NCBI RefSeq assembly: GCF_018977255.1
Contig: NW_024704742.1
Coordinates: forward strand, 73,534,001 to 73,598,000
Origin: Callorhinchus milii
Taxonomy: Eukaryota
Direction: 5' to 3'
DNA: 64,000 nt
Position 1 is the stretch's first letter. Each line of letters opens with the position of its first letter. Below the pieces are notes generated by a model. That model searched no databases. It was not told the DNA's origin and worked only from the letters and a program-made list of their open reading frames with translations. Positions 49,934 through 62,575 of the stretch are shown one piece after another. A program made the position numbers and the translations under genes.

Positions 49934-52900
49934 TGACCAAAGCCAGTCAGCAAAATATTTTTTAAGAAGGTTTCAAATGTAGGGAGAGAGGAACAGAATA
50001 CCGAGGGAATGGGCAGGGCAATGAAGCAAGTAGAGTGGATAGACAGGAAAGGGTTAGATAATTAAAAGTAAGGACAAGGATCTTAAAGTTGATCTGGTAG
50101 GAGGAGGTGGGGTTTGATGGGACATAAATAAATACTAAGTGTGTGGAGCCTAGGGCAGGAGGGATTAAGATCTGCAAAGGTTTGGATGAGTTTAGAGCTT
50201 TTGTCAGGTGGAGTTGGAGAGGCCTAATTGAATCAACACCAATTGAACAGTTCTGCTCGACTAAAGCATTGATTTGGATTTAGGTGTGGATCTCATTAGA
50301 ATCAGCAACCTAAATGTTCCTTATTACTGGGCGAGACACATGTGCTGTTGAAGTCAGTATGGCTTGATACCTCACACTGATAATTGCACTTAGATATTTT
50401 TGTTGGTTTTGAATAAATATTAATGCACTATTTCTCTTCCTGCCTCATTATCCTTTTATATTATGCAATGCCTGATGCTATTTAATTTTTAAGCAATATC
50501 TCAATTTTTAATTAGATATATTAGGGGTTTGAACAATTACACGCTGCTTTTGTATCAAGGATATATCCAGGGTTACATTGAGATTTGATAAACATCTCCA
50601 TCTGTGATTTCAGTACTCATTAGTACTGTGAGGACTTTCACTTGTGGCTAAATTTGTTCAGATTTGTTCTCACTGCCGATCATGCATGTCTTCCATTTAT
50701 TTGACTGGCTAATAAAGGAAAAGAGGAATAAATCCAAAGTGCAGAACGTGTAAACGTATTCCACTAAGAAGAGGCAGGGAATCCACCAGCATTTTGACCT
50801 TAGTTCCACCACAATCATTCTCCTAAAGAGAGAATAATTCTGGGATATAATAATAATAATCCTTTTCACAGGATACACTGTAAAGTGCAGTGACTGTGTG
50901 TTTTGTGGGCAAACATGGCAGCTAATTTGCACACAGCAATGTCCCACAAATAGCCAATTTTATCTGCAGGATTGTTAGCCAGGATACTGGGAGAAACTCC
51001 TTTCTTTTTTCGAACAGAGCCATGGGATTTTATCATCCCCATGAAAAGGCACAGATGGGTCCTCAATTTGGCATCTCATCTGAAGAATGATAATCTCTAA
51101 TAATGCAATGTTTTTCCAGCACTGCATTGGCGAGTATTAGCCTGGACCAAAGTCCCAATGCAGGGTCTTAACCCATAATGTTCTAATTCAAAGTGCTAAT
51201 AACTGAGCTTGGTTTAAAACCTATAGGTTGCAAGATCCTAGAGAAAAGTTGAAAGGAAATTGGGAACTCAAGCAGAAAATTCTTACCCTCTGGAAGCAAA
51301 AACTCTTGAGATAGTTGTGAAGTGTGGCTGAGCTGTGAGACGAGATTAAAAAGCTGCAGCATGAGTGTTACTGATGCTTAAATCAGACCTCCTGGTTCAC
51401 TCTAGAAACACATCTGAGGCTACAGCTGCATCTCAGCATCTGGATCAGTGCAACATACTGACACACACAGCTTCACTCACCACATCCCAGAACTATAGAA
51501 ATTTGTAATAATAATCCTTGTATTTGATAAAACACGTAGAAATCTCAAAGCTTCTGAAAAATGTAATCACTATGTATTTGTAGGCAAACACAGCAGTGTA
51601 TTTGCATACAGCAATGTCTCACAACAGCCATGAAGTGAATGACTAATTTTATTTAGGGGATTGTTGGCCAAGATACCAGGAGAAAATCACTTCTCTTTTT
51701 GAATACTGCATGGGATCTTTAACGTCTACCTGGACAGATAGGGCTACAATTTCAGAAATGATTCCATGCCTAAGCACTGTTTCTTGTGTGCCTAAGTTGA
51801 TACGGAATTCATATCACTTGCTGAACCAGGAACATAAGCGTGAGAATCAGAGCACAAGGGCACTCTGCACTTGCCCACTAACATTTTACATACATTTGTA
51901 TGTATCAGTGTCGCTTCTTTTATTTATTATCATCTACCAATAACAATGACAATTTGTGTTCATATAGCACCCTTCATACAGGATAGTATCTCAAAGATTA
52001 TTGAACAATACAAGATCCATTTCTCGAGACATCATAATAGTAATTCTTATTTGATTTAATATAGAGCCTTTATGTTGGGAGGATATCTAAAAGAGTTTCC
52101 CAGGATATACTGAAAAGTGAACCGGCTGACATGATAATAATAATCCTTGCATTTGATATCACGTCTTCGAGACGTCTCAAAACGCTTCACAGAATTTACT
52201 GTAAAGTGAATGACTATATTTTCTCTCATTACTTTTCTCCTTGTGCTGCTTACTTCAGCCTATGAGGATGAAATCTAAGAACTGAGGGTATCTGCATGTA
52301 ATTTAATCCTATTAGGGAAACCTCTGTGCGTAGCTGTGTGTAGATGGACTCCAGGGCCTTTACATGAGTCCAAATTTTAAACACTATAACCCACAATGAC
52401 TATGCTCCTTGGGCTGGGATGCGGGAGTGGGAGTAAGCAAAGACTGCTTGGAGCTGAACTTGGCAACAGAATGTCAGAACTGAGTCAATCCTCTGCGCAC
52501 ATCTCACAATGCGTTACCCTCATAGACTGCAGTAAAGAGTTCCAACACTGGGGCTTCTGAACCAACTGATCCAAGCTGACGTTACCCCTCATTAACATGA
52601 AACTGTAGACTCCTCTTCATTGACAGAATATACAGTGTCAGAAGCCAGTTTGCCTCTCAGAGCCAAATGAATGGTGAACTCACTGATGTTTAGGGCCTCC
52701 AAATATTAATTCAAAGCACACTTTAGAATAATTATTCCTCAGCACTGTCTCATGTGCTACTTATAAAATGTGCATGGTTGCAAATGAAATTTTCAGCAGC
52801 ATTTGAATTAAACTGGCACACACACAGTAAGCTAATAATGCAAATAGCCTAACACTTTAGCACCGTCTCATTTAATTAGCTAACTGTTAACGAAGAGTTT

Positions 52901-53134
52901 TACGGAGAGGACGAGGGAACATCCACTTCTCAGGATTTAAGGATTTGAGCAATTGTACCTAATTGTTCCCTTGGTCCCTATTCATTAAACACACAAATTA
53001 TTTATTGTGTCCATTTGGGTTTATTCCAAACAGAGATTTCTGGAGCTAAATATGCCACCGTGCCATACTTGGCAACCAAATGCCCAAATCACCTCGATCC
53101 TTCATGGTGGTCTCGGCAGTATTTGTTCCTGAGC

Positions 53135-53540
53135 CGGCAGGTCCGCAGGCCTTCAGGGCACTGCTGATGACAGTCCTGGCTCATCAGCAGGACCTGAGGG
53201 GGCAAATGGTCACCGAGAGCAGGGATTCTTGCCACTCAGCTCCTGTTAACCCTGCAAACCAAAGCCCCAAATGGGTATGGCTGTCCTAGCAGCTGGAAGC
53301 TTGCCAGACTTTCAGTGGCAAACTATGCAGTTTTAGTTGCTTACCCAAGCCTTATCTTTTGCCAGCCTATGCCCAATACTCTCCAGAATTAGGTAAGCAT
53401 GGTGAGTCCCTCCAGGGAAAGAGTGTGCCTTCTATTCCAGATACAGGGATATTTCTATGCATAGGTGCCATACATATGTGGAATTCAATCTGATTTGGAT
53501 ACTCTAGCATGGTGATGGGTTTCTGTAGGTGTCAGACCAA
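53135..53540 (+). repeat. Family X copy with longer 5' extent
   Basis: Matches the 57236-57655 copy, and its 5' part matches 63587-63655. Confidence 0.78.
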
Positions 53541-53551
53541 AACAAATTGTT

Positions 53552-53873
53552 GAATAATAATAATAATAATCCTTGCATTTGATATAGCGCTTTTCACGTC
53601 GGGAGGACGTCCCAAAGCGCTTCACAGAACACACTGTAGAGTGAATTGACTGTATATTTATGTGCGAACGCGGCAGCCAATTGCGCACAGCAATGTCCCA
53701 CAAACAGTCGTAGATTGAAAATGACCAATTTATTATTGTTTTTAGTTTTGGAGGGATTATTATTAGGCGTGTGGAGTAAGGAAACTTGCCCAAGGTTTCG
53801 CCCTGCCTGGAATTGAACTTAGGTCTCCCGCTTGCAAAGCGAGTGCTCTCACCACTGAGCTACAGGACTCCAC
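53552..53873 (-). mobile_element. Young chimeric SINE, short form
   Basis: Near-consensus full-length copy. Confidence 0.92.
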
Positions 53874-54229
53874 AATGATAGTACAGATTAAATGATACAT
53901 AAAAGTAGAAGATTATTTATGTTAGTTTGTGAGATATGCTTTGCTTTTTGTTTAAGGGGGTGAGTTGAGGCTCCTTAGTCCAGAGTTTAGAGCTCTGATC
54001 TCATAACCCACATCCGTGCAACAATCCCATACTCGTACAAGCATGCACCACGTACCCACCCATGCATGCATTACAATTACACAACACAATTCTTGCAATA
54101 TGTACCTACCTATGCATGTACCACACGTGTATGCCTACACTGTAAGCTACTTTGCATCCATTACATACCTGTGCATCATCCACATGCAATGGAGGACAGC
54201 TGACATTTCTGAGTATCCTGGTTAGAATT

Positions 54230-54621
54230 ATAATAGTAATAATCCTTGCATTTGACAAAGCGACTCTTCATGTCTTCGAGATGTCGCAAAGCGCTTCACA
54301 GAATATACTGTGAGGTGAATTGACTGTATATTTTGGGGCGAAACACGGCAACAAATTATGCACAGCAGTGTTCCACAAACAGTCATGGATTGAGTTGTGG
54401 ATTGAATCACTAAATTATTTTTAAAAATGTATTTTAAAGGAATTATTACCCCCGGAAAAGCGATCCACCAATCGACTAACAACTGGGTTCCTAATTACTT
54501 CTAGGGAAACAGAGGCATGTGGAGCAAAGAAACTTATCCAATGTTTTGTCCTGCTGGGAATCGAACCCAGGTCCTTTTATTTGTGAAGCTAGTGCTCTAA
54601 CCACTGAGCTAGAAGACTCCA
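54230..54621 (-). mobile_element. Chimeric SINE, long form
   Basis: Contains cgatccaccaatcgactaacaactgggttcc; more diverged than short-form copies. Confidence 0.85.
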
Positions 54622-55384
54622 TTATGTCAATAAGCTGATATTGGGGATGGGGTCTAATGCACTCTGATTGCTAATAATTCTTTTCATGAAATCTTTATAA
54701 TATTATTGCATGATTTACCAGAAAAGATTGCTATTGTTATAGTTAAGTGCATATCACACCCTGATACAGTGGATGACCCTTAGATTCGATCATTGTGTTG
54801 ATTCCAGCTGTTAGATTACAGATGACATGGAGTTAGTCCACAACTAAACCAACTGGAGTGTGATTTCACGCCTCCATAATATAATTTTCATGCTGAATTT
54901 ACATCTGCATCACAGCTTGAAAAGCCTGAAACAACATGAGCAGTGACTTGGCAGTCTGAGAGAAGTCCATTAACATCAGCAGTTGAAATCACACTGTGTT
55001 TGAAGGACCCAAGGTTAATGAATGCATCTTTGCTGAAGTTAATTCCAAACCCACCACTATTGGAATAGTAACTCCTCACAGCCAGTTCCACTCATTGTCA
55101 CCAGTGCTCACAGTACAAGCATCAATCAGTTCTGTGCCAAAATTTCCATGGTGGGAAAAATTCCTAAATGTATTGTGTTCTTTACACAAAGCTTTATCGA
55201 CTGGGCAGAAAATGCAATTAAAACTTACGCTTAATGCTGGGTCTGGTACTCAACAACCCATCCCAGACTGCTTTCCCAGTCTTCCCTCAGGCTAATCAGA
55301 ATCCAAACACCAACATTTGCTAGCAAGGGGACAATCAGGTAAACATCTACTTCTGAGGAGTGGCTATTTATTGCTTCTTCACCT

Positions 55385-55645
55385 TGACAGTAGAACAAGT
55401 GGACACAGGTTTAAAGTTACAAAGGGCAGTTTCAGGACAGGCACCAGGAAGTTTTTCTTTATCCAAAGGGTAATTAACAGTTGGCACAGGTTGCCAAGAA
55501 GAGTATTTGGGGCCTGGACACTGGAATCATTTGAAAAACAGCTTGATAATATTTTGAAAGGACGGTAACACGGATGTTCTGGAGGATGAGATCAGAAGAG
55601 TTGTAGGGCCATCTTAATCCAAACCGATCTTGTATCTTATGACAT
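55385..55645 (+). mobile_element. CR1 3' fragment
   Basis: RTSGHRFK...KFFFIQRVINSWHRLP. Confidence 0.8.
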
Positions 55646-55769
55646 TTCTGGAAGAACCTCACAGAAGTACAAATGATCTTGTGAGATAAAGGCATAAATT
55701 AATTTTCAATATTAAATGTTAAAATATCAATACAGTGGCTGGGAATAAAGGCCTTAGTCATTAACTACA

Positions 55770-56130
55770 ACAGCAACAACAGATTGCATTTTTATAGAGC
55801 CTTTCATGCAGGTATCGTCTCAGAGCGCTTAACACTGGGGGAGCTTGACATCAAGCTGGGAAGGGGGGGATGACTGGAGGCACGGTCAAAGAGGAAGATC
55901 TTTGGTGTGATCTGAAGATGGTTAAGGAGCGGGCAAGGTGGAGGAATTGACACAGAGAGTTCCATAGTTTTAGGGTGCTGCGGCTGAAAGCACAGCCGCT
56001 GATGGTGAAGTGGAGATAATGAAGGATCTGTTGGAGCCAGAGCCAGTTGAGCGAAGTTAGTGTAGTGAGGTGTATGCAGCTTGGAGACATAGAGAGTTGC
56101 CAGGATGTGAATTAAAAATAGCACGAAGCT
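55770..56130 (-). mobile_element. Degraded L2 3' fragment
   Basis: TISGCAFSRSTLKLWNSL on the minus strand plus tail. Confidence 0.7.
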
Positions 56131-56655
56131 TGGAATGTGCAGAAATCAGACGTGGATGGGGGTAATCACAGACAAGTTTGAACTACATTTTGTGTCTAGT
56201 CGCTTGAGAGTGTTTCTTAATTCTCGGCAATAATGCAGAAATGCATTTTGTAACACCTCAATGTTTCTGTCATGATTCTGTTGATATAATTATAACATTT
56301 AATCAAAACTAAATAAACATTTGAATAAAGCTGAAAGAGTCCGGGGAAGGTGCCGGGAAATAGGATTAGCCTGGATAGCTCCAGTGGGGTGCTTGCATGT
56401 CACAGAGTAATGGGCTGAATTGATTTTGTCAGTGTTGAAATTTCAATGGCAATTAAAACTGAACAGGCATCTGAATCAATGGTTACACTTATGTTACCCA
56501 CTGCCAATATCAGAGCCTATGCCAGGTATAGCACAACTACAAGTTTGTGCCCTGGGATAGATTGTAAACCCTCACTTTCTGGAAGGCAATGCCCATTACA
56601 TGCTGAATTAAATACTTTTTTTACTTAATCCTGCATTGTGTTTCTCTTCAATGGT

Positions 56656-57028
56656 ATAATAATAATAATCCTTGCATTTGATATAGCGCCTTATCACGTC
56701 TTCTAGAAGTCTCAAATACTGTGAAATGAATTAACTGTATATTTTGTGGGTGCAACGCGACAGCCAATTGTGCACAGCAGTGTCCCACAAAGAGTTGCGG
56801 ATTGAGTGACTACATTTTTGGGGATTATTATCCCCGGTAAAGCGATCCACCAATCGACTAACAACCAGTTTCCTACTTACTACTTTAAAGACAAGTCTAC
56901 TTATTGCTAGGTAAACAGAAGCATGTGGAATAAGGAAACTTGCCCAACGTTTCACCTTGCCGGGAATCAAACACAGGTCCTCTCACTTGGGAGGCGAGTG
57001 CTCTATCCACTAAGCTACAGGAATCCAC
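56656..57028 (-). mobile_element. Chimeric SINE, long form
   Basis: Same extra segment, with a small internal duplication. Confidence 0.85.
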
Positions 57029-57235
57029 AATCAAGAGATCACTTGATTAGACCACATGAAGGAGAGGGGAATAGAAGGGTATGGGAAGGAGTGGGTGAAG
57101 ACTTGTGTAGAGCATAAACCCTGGCACAGACTGGTTGGGACGAGTGGCCTGTTTCCATGCTGAACAGTCTTCGTAAATCTTTGATTACATTTGATGGGTT
57201 ACTGTAATTACTGTAATTGTGCATGGAAGATTATT

Positions 57236-57655
57236 GATCAGAACAGCACACCTGGCTCTTCGCAGGTCGAAGGGCAGAAACCAGTCACTGGGGGTGGGGA
57301 GCCATCCCACTCAGCTCCTGTTAACCCTGCAAACCAAAGCCCTAAAGGGTAGGGTGGTCCCAGCTGGACAAGCTTGCCAGGCAGCAATATTAATGCCAAG
57401 CTATGTGGTTTTAGCTGGTTAGACTCCAGCAATACCTCAATACACACTCTGGAGTCCCGAAGTCTTGGCTCTTGCCAATCTTTCTCCTAACACTTTCTGG
57501 AATCAGGTGTCCCTCCAGGGAGAGAGTGCGCATTCCATTCTAACAATCTATCTCTGGGATTTTCGTGTGTAGGTGGGATACATCTTGGGTTGAATGCTCT
57601 TAAGTGTGGTGATGGGTTTCTGCATGTGTCAAACACCCAGCTGATAAAAAAAAAA
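57236..57655 (+). repeat. Unclassified dispersed repeat family X (most complete copy)
   Basis: Homologous to 16232-16632, 20207-20455, 38212-38913(-), 53135-53540 and 63587-63655. Shared blocks ctcagctcctgttaaccctgcaa and ccctccagggagagagtgcgcattccattc. Ends in an A run. Confidence 0.8.
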
Positions 57656-57966
57656 GCACTGCATTGGATTGTCAGCTTAGACTGTGTGATTCCAAGTCCC
57701 AATGTGGGGCGTTGAACCCACAATCATCTGACTCAGAGGCGAGAGCGCTACCACTGAGCCAGTCTAACACACAAGTAGGAGTTAAAGATAGATGAAGACT
57801 GAGTGAAGCAGAGGGATTGAGGCAGGAAGGTGACCATGTGATAGCAGGAGAAAAAAAGGTTGGAGGAGATAAAAGTGGAGGTGGGGTTAGGTAGCACTGG
57901 AACCAGGAGAGGCCCCATGCCCTTACCTGGATATGATAAAACCATGAATAAGGGGTCCCGGCGACA

Positions 57967-58289
57967 TTATAATAATAATAATCCTTGCATTTGATATAGC
58001 GCTTTTCACGTCGGGAGGACGTCCCAAAGCGCTTCACAGAATATACTGTAAAGTGAATTGACTGTATATTTGTGGGCGAATGCGGCAGCCAATTGCGCAC
58101 AGCAATGCCCCACAAACAGTCGTAGATTGAAAGTGACCAATTTATTATTGTTTTAGGTTTTGGAGGGATTATTATTAGGTGTGTGGAGTAAGGAAACTTG
58201 CCCAAGGTTTCGCCCTGACTGCCTGGAATTGAACTCAGGTCTCTCACTTGCAAAGCAAGTGCTCTAACCACTGAGCTACAGGAGCCCAC
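57967..58289 (-). mobile_element. Young chimeric SINE, short form
   Basis: Near-consensus full-length copy. Confidence 0.92.
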
Positions 58290-59019
58290 TCAGAAAAGGA
58301 TGAATTTATTTTTAAGTGTAAGTTCAACATTGCAAAGCATTTGACGTTGTGAGCCAATGCATTTTGTCCTTCCTTACGGTGATACTCCTGAAATGTAGTA
58401 TTACTGTCCTGTTATACAACAATAATCCTTGCATTTGATATAACGCATTACCACGTCTTCGAGACATCTCAAAGTGCTTCACAGAATATACCGAAAAGTG
58501 AATTGACTGTATATTTTGTGGGAGAAATATGCTCTTCTAATGGAAGAAGTAACGCTGGTGAATGGCTGCCGGGACACAGACAGGCTTCTAGTTTTATCTG
58601 CAAATAATCTTGATGTGTTTAAATTAATATTAGGGGTGGTGGTGTAGTAATCTTGAAAATCTTACAGGTCTGCAGCACCAGATTTCAGTGGCTTTACCAT
58701 CTTGGAGTGCTAAATGATTCTTTTTAATCCTATTTTACTAAGGGTTTAAGTGTAAATTATCCAGTCAGGTGCCCAGACCTTCCTACCATTAGAGTGAAGT
58801 ATTGCAGTGCCTTGATATATTGATCACATTAATGGTAGCTGAAATCAAAGGCTTTGCCGAAAGGGATGAAATTCGCCCTGCTGCAGTGCAGTTTCACAAT
58901 TCACTCATAGAAAGGGATAGTTTCATTCTAAGTGTACATTATCACAGTGACTACACTTTGTAGGAAGAGAAATATTAGTCTTTTATGTAGAATTCTCGTG
59001 CTTTGATCATTAGATCTGA

Positions 59020-59860
59020 TAACAACAACGATAACAAAATTACATTTGTATAGCGCCTTTCATGTCGGGAGGACATCCCAAGGCGCTGGACAGTCAGTGT
59101 TTCAGACCTGAGCTGGGGGTCAGGATTGGGGAGGGTGGAGGTCATGGGGGGGAAGCAGGGTGATTGAAAGCAAGGTTGAAGAGGAGGGTCTTGAGATGGG
59201 TCTTGAAGGAGGCGGAGGGACTGCGGGATGGAGTTTCAGAGGGTGGGGGCAGAGTGGCTGAAGGCCCGCCCGCCAATGGTGGGGCGAGCAAGGCGGCGGA
59301 CGTGAAACAGGCCGGAACCCGCTAGCGGAGGGAAAGGGCAGGTTGGTAGGGAGTCAGGAGGTCGCAGAGGCAGTGGGGAGTAAGACCATGGAGGGCTTTG
59401 AAGGTGAGGACCAGGATCTTGAACTGTATTCTTTGTGTGGTGGGAAGCCAGTGGAGTCAGGTGAGGATGTGGTTGATAAGGTCACGGAGCCTGGTGCAGG
59501 AGAAGACACAGGCTGCAGAGTTCTGGATGATCTGCAGCCTATGGAAGTTGGAATTGGGTGGCCAACAAGCAGGGAGTTTGCATAGTCAAGCCTGGATGTT
59601 ATGAATGTGTGTATGAAGGTTTTGGCAGCCTGCGGTGTGAGACAGTGGTGGTACTGGGCGATGTATGAGGGTCTTGGCGATCTCTTCTTCTATTCTTTAT
59701 AACTATTCTTTAGTTGAGGAGCTGGGCAATGTTGCGGAGGTCGGGTAACGCAGAGCAGGTCATGGCACAGATGTGGAGTAAAAAGGACAGTTGAGAGTCA
59801 AACAAGACCCCAAGGTTCCGGACTGGCTCAGTGAGGTGGAGTGTGCAGCCATGGATGGTG
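59020..59860 (-). mobile_element. L2 3' fragment with a short interruption at about 59660-59714
   Basis: [25 protein letters not shown] on the minus strand; tail at about 59020-59095. Confidence 0.85.
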
Positions 59861-60187
59861 GTAAGAAGAGTTGCAAAAATAATGGCAGTGCCAAGGGAGA
59901 GACTGTTCCCTGCAATTTGTTGTTTTACAAGCAGTTGACAGATAGACAGAAAGGCTTTATATATTGACAAAGGGGCTGCTTCAAGTCACCTTTCTTTTTT
60001 TAGACAGAAGCAGAATCTTGAAGCAAAGGAATAGTGGCATAGCCAGATGTATGGAAAGCTATTGCTGGATATTGAGATACAATAATGTAATATTTTCTCA
60101 CATGAAAGTTGCTTATAAATGCAAATTTTATTGTATTTGCCCACAAAACACAGTCACTGCACTTTACAGTATATCCTGGAGTATATT

Positions 60188-60509
60188 GTGGAGTCCTGTA
60201 GCTCAGTGGTTAGAGCACTCGCTTTGCAAGTGAGAGACCTGAGTTCAATTCCAGGCACAGGGCGAAACCTTGGGCAAGTTTCCTTACTCCACACACCTAA
60301 TAATAATCCCTCCAAAACCTAAAACAATAATAAATTGGTCATTTTCAATCTGCGACTGTTTGTGGGACATTGCTGTGTGCAATTGGCTGCCGCGTTCGCC
60401 CACAAATATACAGTCAATTCACTTTACAGTATGTTCTGTGAAGCGCTTTGGGACGTCCTCCCGACATGAAAAGCGCTATATCAAATGCAAGGATTATTAT
60501 TATTATTAT
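60188..60509 (+). mobile_element. Young chimeric SINE, short form
   Basis: Near-consensus copy; direct repeat tatatcct at 60170-60177 and 60507-60514. Confidence 0.92.
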
Positions 60510-61289
60510 ATCCTACTACTGTGAAATACTCTGAGAGTTCACTATTATAAATACAAATTGTTGTTGTTCTCTTTTTGGTTAGTGCCGTAGAATCTCTATC
60601 GTCCACCTGAACAGGCAGACGAGATCTTGATTTAACATCTCGTCTGAAGAACGGTATCTCTGACAATGAAACACACCCCAAGCACTGTTTTGAAATGGGA
60701 CTATCAGCTCAAAGTCCCAACATGGGGGTTCATCTCACAACCTTCTGACTCAGAGATAAGAGTGGTAACAACAGAGCCAGACTGACAATCTATATAGGGA
60801 ACTTTGTTCACCGACAAATGGCTTTTTATAGCTGGCTTTTTATAACAAACGGAAAGATTTAATCTCTAGACTGATGTGTTGACTACAGCATTTATCAGAT
60901 AAATCATGTAGATTATTTTCATATTTTCAAATATATTTTCAAACGTTCAAAAATCAAATACAGTAATTTTAACTTACTGCCTATCTATTTCAAAGCATTG
61001 CAACCTAGCACTGGATATCCACAGCAAAATAAAACATTCATTAAATGAGCTTGGATCCTCAGCATTAATTTGTCTGTCCTAGTTTGGTGAAACATTTCCT
61101 GGAGCATACTGTTTATAATTACAGATTTGAATATTTTATTTTTTGATCTTAAATTCTCTGAAGGAAAGTCTAAAAGCCTTCCTGACAGTACATGAAGATA
61201 TTTCATGAAAACATTTTAGACCAGTTCATTGATTTTTCGCCTTCAACCAGGCTGTAACTTGTAATTTGGCTGTAACTTGTAACACCACT

Positions 61290-62045
61290 TCAGGGCTCTA
61301 TCCTTGGTCCTCTCCTTTTCGCCAACTATACATTATCCCTTGGTGATGTCATTGCAGACATGGGGTTAACTTCCAAATGTATGCAGATGAAACCCAATTC
61401 CATCTCTCTGCTTCCATCCTCAATTGCAGGACCACTACGATTCTGACTGATTGCCTTTCTACACCTAAATGTCAACAAGTGTCTGGGGTATTAGTAATGA
61501 CTTCAACAGTAAACATGGTGAAAATAAAGAAAAATGAAGAGCAAGGAAGCGCGGTAGCAACAGCAGAAGAAGAGAGCCGCTGCAATGAGGCTCAAATCAC
61601 ACCGGAGGAGGAGCTTCAGGCTTTGGGATGCTCGGCTGGTGACTAGACTCAACTTCAAAATCCCTTCACGCCCTGGCACCTCCCTACCTCTCCGACCTGT
61701 TTATTCACCGCTCCACCACCCACCACCTCCCCTCAGCTGGCTCAAGTCTCCTGCCTGTCTCTTGTCTTCTCTGCTCCACCATCAGGGGCTGTGCTTTCAG
61801 CCACTATGCCCTGAAACTTTGTTACTCTCTCCCTTAATCCCTTTGTCTCATCCTCTCCTTCCCATTTCAGATCATGCCTGAAGACCTTCCTCTTCGACTG
61901 TGCTTACGGTCACCTCGCCCTAGCTCGGTGTCAGGCTCTGCCATTGTTAAGATCCCCAAGACACTACCTTGCATGAAGAATCTCCAGAAAACATATAAAT
62001 ATATATATATACATATAATCAAGTTGTTGGTGGTGGTGGTGGTGT
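61290..62045 (+). mobile_element. Degraded L2 fragment retaining the YADD-equivalent region, with a non-L2 segment at about 61470-61640
   Basis: QGSILGPLLF...MYADETQFHLS, then L2 3' region and tail. Confidence 0.75.
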
Positions 62046-62269
62046 TGTGAGGGGGTGACACGGAAATTATCAGAGAAGTCAGTTTAGTCAGACTTACTAA
62101 AGGAACACGCTATAATACACAGAAAGTAGAATGATTTAAAAAGGAATATTGAGGATCTGAGCTCATTTGCAAGGATTATTATTTGATCAATGTTTTATTT
62201 TACTGGATATTCAATGCTGGGTTGCCATTCTAGTTTTTTTAGCAGCTACATCAACTGGCATACTTTTGT

Positions 62270-62575
62270 TATAATAATAATAATAATACTCCTTGCATTT
62301 GATATAGCGCCTAATCACGTCTTTGAGACGTCTGAAAGCGCTTCACAGAATATACTGTAAAGTTTGTTGTCTGTGTATTTTGTGGGCAAAATGTGACAAC
62401 CAATTGTCACAGCAGTGTCCCACAAACAGTCATGGATTGATTGACCAAATATTTTTTAAAGGGATTATTACCCCGGAAAAGTCATCTGCCAATTGACTAG
62501 CAACCGAGTTTCTACTTACTGTTAGGTAAATTGAGGCATGTGGAGTAAGAAAATTTGCCCAACGTTTCGCCCTGT
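62270..62575 (-). mobile_element. Chimeric SINE, long form, 5'-truncated
   Basis: Same extra segment; head missing. Confidence 0.8.
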
